A stretch of DNA of 64,000 bases from an uncultured delta proteobacterium (GCA_963708295.1 CAVPSJ010000012.1:208355-272354), one strand, 5' to 3'. Shown: positions 42,194-52,437, counted from the first letter of the stretch. The notes: generated by a model not told the origin, from the letters alone. Translations and numbers: made by a program.

Positions 42194-44290
42194 TCAGTCT
42201 TCCTTCTCTTTATCCTTCTTGGCCTGGGCAATCACTTTCTCGGCCATTTGGGCCGGAACTTCTTCGTAATGGGAAAATTCCATAGTGAAGGTCCCCCGCC
42301 CCCCTGTTTTGGAATTAAGATCGGGCGCATATTTCAGCATTTCTGACATGGGAACATTGGCTTCGATCATCTGATAATTTCCTTTGGCATCGACTCTCAA
42401 AACCCTCCCCCGGCGGCTGTTGAGATCGCCGATCACATCGCCGATCGTCTCATCCGGCGCCGTCACCACGACCTTCATGATCGGTTCGAGAAGCACCGGA
42501 TTGGCATCCTGGACCCCTTTTTTAAAGGCCATGATGGCCGCAAGCTTGAAAGCCATTTCCGAGGAATCGACCTCGTGAGATTTTCCATCGTAAAATCGGA
42601 CCTTCACGTCCACCACAGGAAAGCCCGCCAGCACGCCACTTTGCATGGCTTCAACGATTCCCTTTTCAACTGCCGGAACAAAATTTCTTGGGACATTCAT
42701 CCCGGTAAGGGCATTTTCAAATTCGAAACCCGAACCCCGCGGAAGAGCCGAAACATCGAAATGCACTTCAGCAAACTGCCCCCGGCCTCCGGTCTGTTTC
42801 TTATGACGATAGATCACGCCATTCTTTGCCCCCCGGATCGTCTCCTTGTAGGGAACCTTCGGAACACTGAGGTTGACCTCTACTCCGAACTTTCTCTTCA
42901 ATTTTTCAACGATGACCTCGACATGGGTCTGCCCGACACCGGAGAGGATGATCTCGCCCGTCTGTTCATCCCGGCCCAGCATCATCGTCGGATCCTCTTC
43001 GTGAATACGTGCCAAAGAGGCAGTGATCTTATCCTCATCTCCCTTGCTCTTCGGAGTCAGCGCGTAGGAAACCACCGGAAGGGGCAACTTGGTCTCTTCG
43101 AAGATAATGGGCTTTTTCTCATCGGAGAAAGTGTCCCCTGTGGTCGTCTCCTTTAACTTGGCGACCGCCACGATATCCCCCACGCCGGCGAAGCCTACCG
43201 GTTTCTGCTTTTTTCCTTCCAGCAGGAAAATCTGGGCGATTCTCTCCCTCACATCCTTTTTGGAATTGTAGAGGTTGGAATCCGCATTCGCGGCCCCGGA
43301 ATAGACCCTGAAGAGGTTCAGTTTCCCCGCGAAGGGGTCGGCGATCGTTTTAAACACAAACGCAGAGAAAGGCGCTTCTTCTTTCGGTTCACGAGTTTCG
43401 GGTTCTCCCGTCCTGGGATTCTTTCCTTGAACCGGACCCCTCTCCAGAGGAGAGGGAAAACACGAAATTGCCAGATCCAGGAGCGGTTGAATCCCCATAT
43501 TTCGGACGGAGGATCCGCAGACAGCAGGAACCAACCTTCTTTCCATCGTCCCTTTACGAAGACAGCGAACGACCTCCTCAACGGAAACTTCACCGGATTC
43601 CAGATATTTTTCCATCAACTGATCATCCATCTCCACGGCAGTTTCGACCAGTTTTTCCCGGGCTCGCTCTACCTCCTCCTTCATGTCCTGTGGAACATCT
43701 TTGAGCTCGAACTGACCGCTTCCATCTTCCCTGTAAAAATAGGCTTTCCTTTGAATCAAGTCCACAATCCCCTTGAAACTTCCGTCTCCTCCGATAGGAA
43801 GCTGAATAGCAACGGCTGGCTGAGAAGGGAACGCCTTCTTCGCCTCTTCAACCACCTTGAGGAAGTTCGCCCGTTCCGTGTCCATTTTACTGACATAGAG
43901 AATCCGGGGTACCTGAAAGTCATTGGCGTATCCCCATACGGTTTCCGTCTGGACCTTGACGCCTGAATTTCCACTCACCACGATGACCGCTCCATCCACC
44001 ACCCTCATGGAGGCTCTTGCCTCCGCGATGAAATTCGCGTACCCAGGCGTATCGATGACGTGAAAAGAATATTTATTCCACTCAAAATGAGAGAGAGAGG
44101 CGCTAATGCTAATTTTCCGATTAACTTCCTCCGGTTCAAAATCCATTAAAGAAGAGCCATCGTCGACTCGACCCAGGCGGGTATTCTCTCCCGTATCAAA
44201 GAGAATGGCCTCGACCAGGGAAGTTTTTCCTTCCCCCCCGTGGCCAAAAGTTCCTATGTTGCGAATGGCGGTGGGCTCAGCTCGTTTCAT
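42194..44290 (-). CDS. fusA: Elongation factor G paralog (EF-G2-like)
   Basis: GHGGEGKT, DTPG, KKQTGGRGQF, HEVDSS; switch I is RKISI rather than RGITI; outside an str operon. Confidence 0.93.
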   Translation of the reverse strand: MKRAEPTAIRNIGTFGHGGEGKTSLVEAILFDTGENTRLGRVDDGSSLMDFEPEEVNRKISISASLSHFEWNKYSFHVIDTPGYANFIAEARASMRVVDGAVIVVSGNSGVKVQTETVWGYANDFQVPRILYVSKMDTERANFLKVVEEAKKAFPSQPAVAIQLPIGGDGSFKGIVDLIQRKAYFYREDGSGQFELKDVPQDMKEEVERAREKLVETAVEMDDQLMEKYLESGEVSVEEVVRCLRKGTMERRLVPAVCGSSVRNMGIQPLLDLAISCFPSPLERGPVQGKNPRTGEPETREPKEEAPFSAFVFKTIADPFAGKLNLFRVYSGAANADSNLYNSKKDVRERIAQIFLLEGKKQKPVGFAGVGDIVAVAKLKETTTGDTFSDEKKPIIFEETKLPLPVVSYALTPKSKGDEDKITASLARIHEEDPTMMLGRDEQTGEIILSGVGQTHVEVIVEKLKRKFGVEVNLSVPKVPYKETIRGAKNGVIYRHKKQTGGRGQFAEVHFDVSALPRGSGFEFENALTGMNVPRNFVPAVEKGIVEAMQSGVLAGFPVVDVKVRFYDGKSHEVDSSEMAFKLAAIMAFKKGVQDANPVLLEPIMKVVVTAPDETIGDVIGDLNSRRGRVLRVDAKGNYQMIEANVPMSEMLKYAPDLNSKTGGRGTFTMEFSHYEEVPAQMAEKVIAQAKKDKEKED

Positions 44291-44371
44291 CTTTTCTCCT
44301 TTCGACGATTCATCCTATCTATAAGACTAATGGTATAAATTACCTTTTTTCCCCGTCAAAAGTCAACCCTT

Positions 44372-44840
44372 CCGGCGTCTTTGCCCGCCCCCGGTTTTCC
44401 TTTGTCCGGGACCGGGGTAGATCCCCTCCGAGGCTTCATAAGGCCCTCGTTAAGGGTAACCGGATCAAGGCCGTCGTGACATGGATGCCCTCTCTCCCAC
44501 TTCAAACTGAGGCAGCCAAACTCTGAAGCGGCTGACCGATGAAGCCTCTTCAGGGACCCACCCCGATCCCGGGCGAAAATGAACCGACTCCTGAAGAAGG
44601 GCTCTCCTGTCGATCAAGACATCGAGGGGCAGGACACAGAGGGGCGGCTTGGAGAAGCTTTAGGGCGGCCACCTTTTAAGCAATTTCGGGAAAGAGTCCC
44701 AGCCCCTAATAAAGCCCTGATTCTTGGTACCGGCGAGGTTCTCCGCAACATCTGAAGATAGCCGCATCTTAAAGGTTCGGGCCGTATTGTGCCGCCTCTT
44801 CGGTCCAGAGAAGAAAAAGCTGGGGGAGGACAAGATTCGG
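44372..44840. other. ORF-free, highly self-complementary region (candidate structured RNA or decayed foldback element)
   Basis: Ends pair with each other; internal long helix 44401-44439 with 44539-44578; several smaller hairpins. Confidence 0.4.
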
Positions 44841-44893
44841 CGTCTTTTATGGTCTTGCGAGGGAGGCTGACTTTCTTTTATATTTATGAGGTT

Positions 44894-45811
44894 ATGAAAG
44901 AAAAAGGAAAAGAATTCAAAAAGAGAATCAAGGATTATTTCATCGCCACCCGCCCCTGGTCTTTCATCATGTCTCTGATCTCAGTCTCGACAGGAACCCT
45001 CATCGCCGCAGAAGACGGTCCCATTCTTTGGGGATGGTTTTTCCTGGTCTGTATCGGAATCGTCTGTTTTCATGCGACTGCAAATATTTGCAACGATTAC
45101 TTTGATACCCGTTACCGGGTGGACCAGCCCGATTCCCCTACGGCCCGCTACCGTCCACAGCCGATTCTGACGGGCATGTTCACTCCCTCCCAACTCCTGA
45201 CCGAAGCGATCCTTCTCGCCGGAATAACCATTCTGATCGGTTTGATCCTTTCCTTCGGGCGTTCTCTCCTTGTTTTTTGGATTGGATTGATTGGCTTTTT
45301 GGCCTGCGTATTTTATACGGCCGGACCGGTCAAATTGAAGTATAAGGCCTGCGGCGAACTTTTTGTCTTCCTCATGTGGGGACCTCTGATGTTCGCAGGG
45401 GCCTATGCGGTTCAACGGCAAGTTTTTTCCATGAAGGCTGTCTGCATCTCTATCCCTTTCGGAATTCTCGTCGGGCTGGTTCTTCTGGCAAATAACATCC
45501 GGGACATTGCTTATGACTCCCGCCAGGGCATTCAAACGATCGGAATCCTCCTGGGCACCCGGAGGGGCCTCTTCCTCTATGCCGGCCTTATCCTATCTGC
45601 CTATCTTTATGTGGTCGGAATAATAGCCGCCGGGATCCTGGGTCTCTGGGGACTGTTGGTCCTTCTCTCCCTTCCCAAAGCCATTTATCTTTTGAAGAGT
45701 TTTATGGAAAGGATGCCGGAAGCCGCTGACGCCATCACCGCTCAACTGAATACCGTTTTCGGCCTACTCCTGATTCTTGCCCTGGTCCTGAATAGAATGG
45801 TGCCTTTGTGA
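44894..45811 (+). CDS. UbiA-family prenyltransferase (MenA-like)
   Basis: ATRPWS, NDYFD...VD, YTAGP, ANNIRDIAYD. Confidence 0.88.
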   Translation: MKEKGKEFKKRIKDYFIATRPWSFIMSLISVSTGTLIAAEDGPILWGWFFLVCIGIVCFHATANICNDYFDTRYRVDQPDSPTARYRPQPILTGMFTPSQLLTEAILLAGITILIGLILSFGRSLLVFWIGLIGFLACVFYTAGPVKLKYKACGELFVFLMWGPLMFAGAYAVQRQVFSMKAVCISIPFGILVGLVLLANNIRDIAYDSRQGIQTIGILLGTRRGLFLYAGLILSAYLYVVGIIAAGILGLWGLLVLLSLPKAIYLLKSFMERMPEAADAITAQLNTVFGLLLILALVLNRMVPL

Positions 45812-46398
45812 TCTGGGGAGCCGTCGTCTTAGCGTCTATGTGCTGGGCGATCACCTTTGGGTGGTCGGGCGGAAATTTTTGGGTAAAGATCGGCCTTTCG
45901 GTGGCAGCCGTCTCTCTTTATTCTCTATTCTGGAAGAAGCCAAACCTATCCTTTCACCTCCGCTCCTTCCTTTGGGGGCTTTTTTCTGCAGGGGTCCTTT
46001 ACTTCATTTTTCTCCTGGGAAACAAAATTGCCCCCGCCATCCTTCCCGGAGCAAAAACCCAGGTGGGAGGAATTTATTCTTTGGGAGCGGGATCCAATAG
46101 GGTTCTCATCTTTCTACTTCTGTTCTTCATCACGGGCCCGGGAGAAGAGATTTTCTGGCGCGGATTTCTCCAGGATCGTCTGATGGAGAGATGGGGGAAC
46201 CTCAGAGGGTCTCTGATGACCACTGCTCTCTACGCGGGAGTCCATGTCTTCTCCTGGAACCTGATGCTCATTCTGGCTGCTCTTGTCGCCGGCGCCTTTT
46301 GGGGCTTTTTGTATCTCTGGAAAAGAAACCTGCTGGTTCAAATCACTTCACATTCTTTCTGGAGCGCTGTGATCTTCGCCGTAGCGCCGGTTCAATGA
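45808..46398 (+). CDS. CPBP (Abi/CAAX) intramembrane metalloprotease
   Basis: EEIFWRG, YAGVH, SHSFW. Confidence 0.9.
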   Translation: MIWGAVVLASMCWAITFGWSGGNFWVKIGLSVAAVSLYSLFWKKPNLSFHLRSFLWGLFSAGVLYFIFLLGNKIAPAILPGAKTQVGGIYSLGAGSNRVLIFLLLFFITGPGEEIFWRGFLQDRLMERWGNLRGSLMTTALYAGVHVFSWNLMLILAALVAGAFWGFLYLWKRNLLVQITSHSFWSAVIFAVAPVQ

Positions 46399-46445
46399 GA
46401 GAAAAGAATGAATGCGAGGGTGACGCTGGCTTGTGTCGGCGATTG

Positions 46446-46660
46446 AACCCGTTAGAAATTCCATCGAGGTGTTAAACCCCGCCGAAGTTATTAATGAGGC
46501 ATAATTAAGGAGACATAATTATACTGCTCCGGAAAATCCCCATCCCCCTCCTAACCTCCCCCTTGAAGGGGGAGGAATACAACAATTTCCCTCCCCTTCA
46601 GGGGGAGGGGAAGGGTGGCGGTGGGCTTATTCAGATGTCTATTCAATTATGGGCCGACTA
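46446..46660. mobile_element. Nested MITE/REP cluster
   Basis: CCCGTTAGAA fragment; imperfect IR CATAATT.A..AGACAT / ATGTCT..T.AATTATG enclosing two CCCCTTGAAGGGGG hairpins. Confidence 0.55.
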
Positions 46661-46737
46661 ATATTTAGAATGTTATCCCGCTACAGCGGGGTCGCAAAAG
46701 TGGTCCGTTATTTCCATCGGGGGAAGGGGGGTCCGCC

Positions 46738-47871
46738 ATGATCCGTCCTGTCTTTTTCTCGGATCTGAAGGTTGATTCTGGGAAAACGCTGCTTGACAAA
46801 TTGGACATCCTTTTGGATCGTGCTGATCTGAAGGGAAAGATCAAGGAAAAGGATCTGGTCGCGATCAAGCTCCATTTTGGGGAGAAAGGAAATACGGCCT
46901 ACGTTCGTCCCATCTTTTTGAGGAGGGTGGTCGATCGAGTCAAGCAATTGAAGGGGAAGCCTTTCCTGACGGACACCAACACCCTCTATACGGGAGCTCG
47001 AAGCGAGGCGGTTTCCCATTTAAACACAGCCGTCGAAAACGGGTTTGCAGAATCTGTCGTCAATGCTCCACTCCTGATCGCCGATGGCCTGAGAGGCAAT
47101 AGTGCGGTAAAGGTCCGCATTGACAAACCCATTTTCAAAACAGTTTCCGTCGCCCATGGAATCTACATGTCAGACGCCCTCATCACCGTCACCCATTTCA
47201 AGGGCCATGAACTGTCCGGGTTTGGAGGAGCCTTGAAGAATCTTGGAATGGGATGCGCCAGCCGTGAAGGAAAGTTGAGCCAGCATTCAGCGATCTCGCC
47301 CAAGGTCAAGGGGAAGGCCTGCAAGGGCTGCGAAACCTGTCTCCGTTGGTGCGCACAGGAAGCGATTTCTATGCTTTCACTGAAATCGGGAGTCGAAGCG
47401 AAACGGGGCCATGCCTTTATTAATCCCAAGAAATGCGTCGGTTGTGGAGAGTGCATCCTCAGCTGTCGCTCGGGAGCGATTGAAGTTCAATGGAATGAGA
47501 GCATTCCTATCTTTCAAAAGAAGATGGTGGAGCATGCCTACGGAGTCGTCCAGAAGAAAAAGGGAAAGGTCCTCTATCTCAACTTTCTCACACAGGTCTC
47601 CCCTGCCTGTGATTGTTACGGATATTCCGATGCCCCTCTTGTCGGCGACGTGGGATTTCTTTCTTCTGAGGACCCGGTGGCGATCGATCAGGCATCCGTC
47701 GATCTGGTCAATGGAGAAGCCGGAAACCGATCCTCCAAGCTGCAGAGGAACTGGAATCCCGGAGAGGACAAGTTCAGGGCTGTTTACCCGGAGGTGGATT
47801 GGAGCATTCAACTGACCTATGCGGAAGAGATCGGGATGGGAACTAGGAAGTATGAGTTGATTAAGATTTAA
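46738..47871 (+). CDS. DUF362 protein with 2x[4Fe-4S] ferredoxin insert
   Basis: IKLHFGE, HFKGH, KNLGMG, two CxxCxxCxxxC motifs, DPVAID. Confidence 0.92.
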   Translation: MIRPVFFSDLKVDSGKTLLDKLDILLDRADLKGKIKEKDLVAIKLHFGEKGNTAYVRPIFLRRVVDRVKQLKGKPFLTDTNTLYTGARSEAVSHLNTAVENGFAESVVNAPLLIADGLRGNSAVKVRIDKPIFKTVSVAHGIYMSDALITVTHFKGHELSGFGGALKNLGMGCASREGKLSQHSAISPKVKGKACKGCETCLRWCAQEAISMLSLKSGVEAKRGHAFINPKKCVGCGECILSCRSGAIEVQWNESIPIFQKKMVEHAYGVVQKKKGKVLYLNFLTQVSPACDCYGYSDAPLVGDVGFLSSEDPVAIDQASVDLVNGEAGNRSSKLQRNWNPGEDKFRAVYPEVDWSIQLTYAEEIGMGTRKYELIKI

Positions 47872-47992
47872 TACAAACGCAATTAATTTATTGTCATTCC
47901 CAACTCCGAGATTCCGAAACAAGTTCGGAATGACACACTTTCTCTTGTCATGCTGAACTCGTTTCAGCATCTCATCTAATGCGTTTGTACTA
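47869..47992. mobile_element. MITE-like element with REP-like interior
   Basis: TAATACAAACGCAATTA / TAATGCGTTTGTACTA termini; starts at the upstream TAA stop. Confidence 0.6.
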
Positions 47993-48000
47993 GGTACACG

Positions 48001-48565
48001 CTAGCGATTGCGAACGCCCATGGCCTCAGCCTGCGGGCACATGTACTTTGCGTTACAATGAAGGCACGCGATTCTGGGGAAGATGATGAAAAAACGGAAG
48101 AGAAGCAGAACGACCTCGGCAAGAAAGATAATTAACAGGACAACAGAGAAATTCACAATCAATGCAGGAATGATCGCCACGACGGGAATGATGAGCGAGG
48201 CCAGATACAAGTTATTCGAACAGAATAGACCTTGAGCCCTCCTTGGAAAATCTTTCAGGTCCCCTTCCTTCGCAATCTTCTTTGAAAGGATATTCAAGCC
48301 CGATACACAAAGCCAGTCCTTGGCCCGGTAGTAAACGCAGTTTGGGCAAACAACCAGAGGCATCACCACGTACATCTCAACGAAGGAGAAAATGACATAC
48401 AGTCCTCCGAAGGTGTAGCCAACCCATGTCGAGAAATTATACCCAAGGGCTATCCCGATTCCGCCCAACAGAAAATGGAGGATGGTGCTGCCGTTGTAGA
48501 TCAACACACTCGACCATGGATATCTTGAATAGAGTTTGGCTTTTGTGTCTTTCTCCGATTGCCAT
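48001..48565 (-). CDS. Hypothetical 4-TM protein with Cys motifs; start uncertain
   Basis: CPNCVYY, CVSG and CLHC...CP between TM pairs. Confidence 0.7.
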
Positions 48566-48596
48566 TTTCTCGCCTGTTGCAGTCCTCCCGCTTATT

Positions 48597-48750
48597 AATC
48601 AGCCCATAATTATGCGGACACCAAAGATTAAATCCCTCGTTGCCTCCTTTTACTAAGGAGAATTACCCCTCTTTGGCAAAGAGGGGCGAGGGGAGATTTT
48701 CTGAAGTATATCTCTTCTTCTGGACTCCTTAGTAAATCATGGGCGTTGTT
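48597..48750. mobile_element. Nested MITE-like element
   Basis: Perfect IR TTACTAAGGAG (48650) / CTCCTTAGTAA (48725) around CCCCTCTTTGGCAAAGAGGGG; outer GCCCAT.ATT / AAT.ATGGGC. Confidence 0.55.
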
Positions 48751-48772
48751 GAGGGTCCGTTGAATTTGTTTT

Positions 48773-49267
48773 CTAGCCAGCCCCTTGATCCTTCTTCTGA
48801 TTAAATAGAGTTCGCAGTTTCTCCACCCTTTTCCTGTTTACACCCAGGTCCGAATACCCTACCCTTGATCCCGAGCGCACATGAACCATGCCAGCCGTGG
48901 AGACCATTCTGAACTCCACGTCATCGACGAATCGAAACACCTTGCTGGTGAAGGTAGCCCAGAGATAACCCTCGTGTTCTTCTTGAACCTCCCCTCCCAT
49001 CTCTCGAATCGTTTCTTTGAGATCTCCCCACGCCTTTTCCGGCGGGCCTTTGAAGGTCAAGGGTTCAACCCGCGAGGGTGGGCTATCGCTTTCACTGGAC
49101 ACACAGTTTGGGCTACTTGGACATGGTCTCAGTCTTCCATCAACCAACTGCGCCCTCGGCGGGCTTGAAGCGCACGACAAAATGGTTGAGAATGCGGCCG
49201 AGATGACAAACAAGGCGATCAGTGAAGAAATAAGCGTATTCATAAAGACCTTATAAGGGTTAGCCAA
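48773..49267 (-). CDS. DUF1499 family protein
   Basis: CPSSPNCVSS, FRFVDDVEF, SRVGYSDLGVNRKRVE. Confidence 0.92.
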   Translation of the reverse strand: MANPYKVFMNTLISSLIALFVISAAFSTILSCASSPPRAQLVDGRLRPCPSSPNCVSSESDSPPSRVEPLTFKGPPEKAWGDLKETIREMGGEVQEEHEGYLWATFTSKVFRFVDDVEFRMVSTAGMVHVRSGSRVGYSDLGVNRKRVEKLRTLFNQKKDQGAG

Positions 49268-49795
49268 TCAAATAAATTTTGGAGGAAGATGCTCAGCGCC
49301 TACGAAATCAAGAGCATCTTTTATTGTCTGAAGACCCTGGGTTACCATCATTTTTGATATCCCATGAGCGAGCCATTTATCATTTTGGTCAAAAGCGGTA
49401 GCTTCCGCTAAACAAATCGTTTTCCCGATCTTGATGCTGCGACCTTTGATGATCAACTTACCCGCATTCGCCGGGGCAAGGTAATCGACCTTGAGATCGA
49501 GAGAGATGAGTCCGACATTTTCATCCAGCTCACAATAGACCGCCCAATAGGCAGCCGTGTCGATCGCTGAGGCATAGACCCCGCCGTGAAGTCCGCCAAA
49601 TGGGTTCAGGTGCTCATTTCCGATGTCGAGCTCAACCAGAGAATAACCCTTGCCTAATTCTTTAACCGGCATGGAGAGGTGCCGAAAATACGGACCCCGG
49701 TTGATCGTATCAATCACCATTTGGACATGTTTGGGATTAAGTTCCGCCATCATGATTCCTCTTGCTATTTGAGAGAACCAGTCCAGAAACCTCAA
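49268..49795 (-). CDS. PaaI-family thioesterase
   Basis: HLNPFGGLHGGVYASAIDTA. Confidence 0.92.
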   Translation of the reverse strand: MRFLDWFSQIARGIMMAELNPKHVQMVIDTINRGPYFRHLSMPVKELGKGYSLVELDIGNEHLNPFGGLHGGVYASAIDTAAYWAVYCELDENVGLISLDLKVDYLAPANAGKLIIKGRSIKIGKTICLAEATAFDQNDKWLAHGISKMMVTQGLQTIKDALDFVGAEHLPPKFI

Positions 49796-49814
49796 GGGGA
49801 GGTTTTGAGGAGAC

Positions 49815-50552
49815 CTAATATTTCACTTCTTTTAGAAATAGTCCCTGGGCGGGGGCCGTGGGGCCCGCCTCTTTTCTGTCTTTGGAATTTAAGATCTTTC
49901 GAATATCCGCCGCTTTCCTCTTGCCTTTTCCGACCTCGACCAATGTTCCGATGATGGACCTCACCATCTGTTTCAAAAAACCATTGGCTTCGATCTCAAA
50001 ACGGATGAGGCCGTCTCGCCCCCTCTTCCACTCCGCCCGGGTTACCTTTCGAACGGTTGTACGGGTGGGGGAGCCCACCGTACGAAATGCCGAAAAGTCA
50101 TGTTCTCCAATCAGACTCTGGGTCGCTTTCTTCATCTCTGTCAAGTTTAGTTTTTGGGGGATATGCCATACATACCCGCGGTGAAAGGCGGAGCGAAGAT
50201 TTCGGTTGAGAATTCGATACTCGTAGATTTTGCCTTTTGAATGCTTTCGGGCATGAAAATCTTCATCTACCTCTTCCACCCTTTGGATCACAATATCATG
50301 TGGGAGGAGACTGTTCAGTGCCCTCTGGATCGTAGGGATATCCATCGGACTCTGGGTCTTGAAGTGAGCCACCTGGCCTAAGGCATGAACTCCTGAATCC
50401 GTTCTTCCGGACCCGAACAATCGGACGGGTTTCCCTGTGAGAACCCCCAATTTTTCTTCGAGGATCCCCTGGATAGTCGGACCCTTGGGCTGAACCTGCC
50501 ACCCCTGATAATTTGTTCCGTCGTACTCGATGAGAAGCTTTATGTTACGCAC
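49815..50552 (-). CDS. truA: tRNA pseudouridine(38-40) synthase
   Basis: YDGTNYQGWQ, GRTDSGVHA, FLKQMVR, TAPAQGL. Confidence 0.97.
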   Translation of the reverse strand: MRNIKLLIEYDGTNYQGWQVQPKGPTIQGILEEKLGVLTGKPVRLFGSGRTDSGVHALGQVAHFKTQSPMDIPTIQRALNSLLPHDIVIQRVEEVDEDFHARKHSKGKIYEYRILNRNLRSAFHRGYVWHIPQKLNLTEMKKATQSLIGEHDFSAFRTVGSPTRTTVRKVTRAEWKRGRDGLIRFEIEANGFLKQMVRSIIGTLVEVGKGKRKAADIRKILNSKDRKEAGPTAPAQGLFLKEVKY

Positions 50553-50564
50553 CGTCCTGAAACC

Positions 50565-50700
50565 TAAGTAACCAGTGATCAGTTACCGGTAATCAGTCAT
50601 CAGTAATCGGTAAACCGACACCGAACTGTAATGGCTGATAGCTGATCACTGATTACTGGTCACTGATCACTCTCTTCAGTCAGCTGCTTTGTGACTACTG
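50565..50700. repeat. Inverted heptamer array (CAGTRAT / ATYACTG)
   Basis: cagtgatcagttaccggtaatcagtcatcagtaatc ... ctgatcactgattactggtcactgatcact. Confidence 0.7.
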
Positions 50701-50708
50701 CTAGCCGC

Positions 50709-51836
50709 CTACTGCCTTCTGCCTACTAACTTCAACGCCCATCCGGGTTTGTTCGAAATGGCTCCTTCCGGGCAAACTTCGAGGCAACACAAACAGCGGA
50801 TACATTGTCCGTAATCGAAAACCAGGTTCTCTCCCTTCCTGGCCAATGCCTTGGGAGGACAGATCTCCGTGCATCGATCACAACTCTTGCATGCGTTCTC
50901 ATCCATCACCGGTTTGGAAGTCAAAGCGTTCTTCAAGGCCCTGCTCAAAAATCCCGGAAGGTTCCAATTTGGCTGAGAGAGGGCCGGAAATTGGAAGCTG
51001 GAAATCCTAAGATCTTCTACCTTTTCCCCCAAGACATCGATCGGATCTTTTCCCATTCCCTGTTCAAGCGCCACTCGATTCGTCAACAAAGAGTCTCTTG
51101 AAATCCCCAGGAGGTCACATACGATCTGATCCAAGCTCAAGGAATCGTCACTGGTCAAAATCAACCCGATGGGAATCGGGCGGCCGCTGTTCGGTCCGTT
51201 CCCTTCCATTCCCACAACCCCATCCAGCAGGGTAAGGGAAGGTCGGATGACATCATAGATATCCACCAGTATTCTTGCAAAAGTCTCCTGGTCTTTGCCT
51301 GCCTTGAGATGCCAGAGGGGTTTTTTAGGTCCGGGGATGCACCCGAAGAGGTTCTTCACCCCCAGGGTGAGAAGCGTCAGGCTGTGGGTTTTTAATTTCG
51401 GAAGGTTGATGATGACATCCGCTTCTAAAACGACCCGGTCAATTTCCAACTGTTTAAATGTTTTTCCTCCTCCCCCCGGAGGGAGGACAGGTTTGTTAAA
51501 TTCCACAAGAGGGCACTTCATCGCATCGGTCACCGCTTTGATGCCGGCTTTCTCGGCGGTCCAGGTCAAACTTCCGACCGCAGGGCTATCTCCAACGGAG
51601 GGAACCCCACCCGCTTCGCGAACGATCTGGATCATCCCCCTCAGGATCGAGGGATGGGTGGTTACCGCCTTTTCAGGACTCTTTCCGAAGAGGAGGTTGG
51701 GTTTGAGAAGGACACGACTGCCCTTCTTTACAAAAGTCTGAATCCCTCCGATCAGGTCGATACTCTGCCGAAGTGCGCTTAAAACATTGCCTTCATCATA
51801 ATTTCCACACTTCACAATGGAAACAGAAGATTTCAT
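50709..51836 (-). CDS. DUF362 protein with C-terminal ferredoxin
   Basis: VLLKPNL, TTHP, NLPKLKTH, GMEGNGP, two Cys clusters. Confidence 0.92.
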   Translation of the reverse strand: MKSSVSIVKCGNYDEGNVLSALRQSIDLIGGIQTFVKKGSRVLLKPNLLFGKSPEKAVTTHPSILRGMIQIVREAGGVPSVGDSPAVGSLTWTAEKAGIKAVTDAMKCPLVEFNKPVLPPGGGGKTFKQLEIDRVVLEADVIINLPKLKTHSLTLLTLGVKNLFGCIPGPKKPLWHLKAGKDQETFARILVDIYDVIRPSLTLLDGVVGMEGNGPNSGRPIPIGLILTSDDSLSLDQIVCDLLGISRDSLLTNRVALEQGMGKDPIDVLGEKVEDLRISSFQFPALSQPNWNLPGFLSRALKNALTSKPVMDENACKSCDRCTEICPPKALARKGENLVFDYGQCIRCLCCLEVCPEGAISNKPGWALKLVGRRQ

Positions 51837-52307
51837 CTATCCCAGATTCTCTTTGCCGGTGATTTCCTTGACTAAAATCTCAATCACCGCTGTTTTTTCA
51901 AGGATCTCTTCGGACTTCTCTCCAAGGTTTCCTTCCGGCTGGTACTTCTCCGCCATCCTGTCGAGAACCCTGACCTTTTTATCCCGACCCTCCACGAAAG
52001 CAGCTTTCCCTTTGATGAGGATACTTCGATAATAATAGCTGGCTTGACAGGCGGAGGCGCTCGCGACCGCATAGGCAACAGGCTCGTCTACCTCAAAACA
52101 GACGGGGCTTCCCCTTTGTATATCTTCCATTTTTTCTCCCTTGGCCGAAGAGTGAAGATAGATTCTTCCATCCAGGTAGAGAAAATTGACAGGCTTGATG
52201 ACGGGAAAACCCTTCTGATTAACCGTGGCGATCCTTCCTACGGGGGAACGTTCCAACATGGCAATCATCGTCTCTCTGTTCTTTAGTTCTCTCTCCGGGT
52301 GCCGCAT
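51837..52307 (-). CDS. Pyridoxamine 5'-phosphate oxidase-like flavin-binding protein (NimA-like)
   Basis: IYLHSSAKGEK, VCFEVD, YYRSILIKG, ITGK. Confidence 0.88.
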   Translation of the reverse strand: MRHPERELKNRETMIAMLERSPVGRIATVNQKGFPVIKPVNFLYLDGRIYLHSSAKGEKMEDIQRGSPVCFEVDEPVAYAVASASACQASYYYRSILIKGKAAFVEGRDKKVRVLDRMAEKYQPEGNLGEKSEEILEKTAVIEILVKEITGKENLG

Positions 52308-52437
52308 CGTTCATCCTCCCAAACTCGCATAGGGCATAGCGCAGAGCGCATGGCGTTGAAATCCATCACGTCCTGTTCTTTTCCGCAATTCATTTTCACC
52401 ATATTCTCTTCTTTATTCCGAAATCCGCCTTCTGCAA

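Noticed and set aside
44400-44580. 6S RNA, RNase P RNA or tmRNA
   Set aside because: Size of the internal helix suits 6S, but I see no diagnostic conserved motifs or zapA/ygfA context; left as unknown
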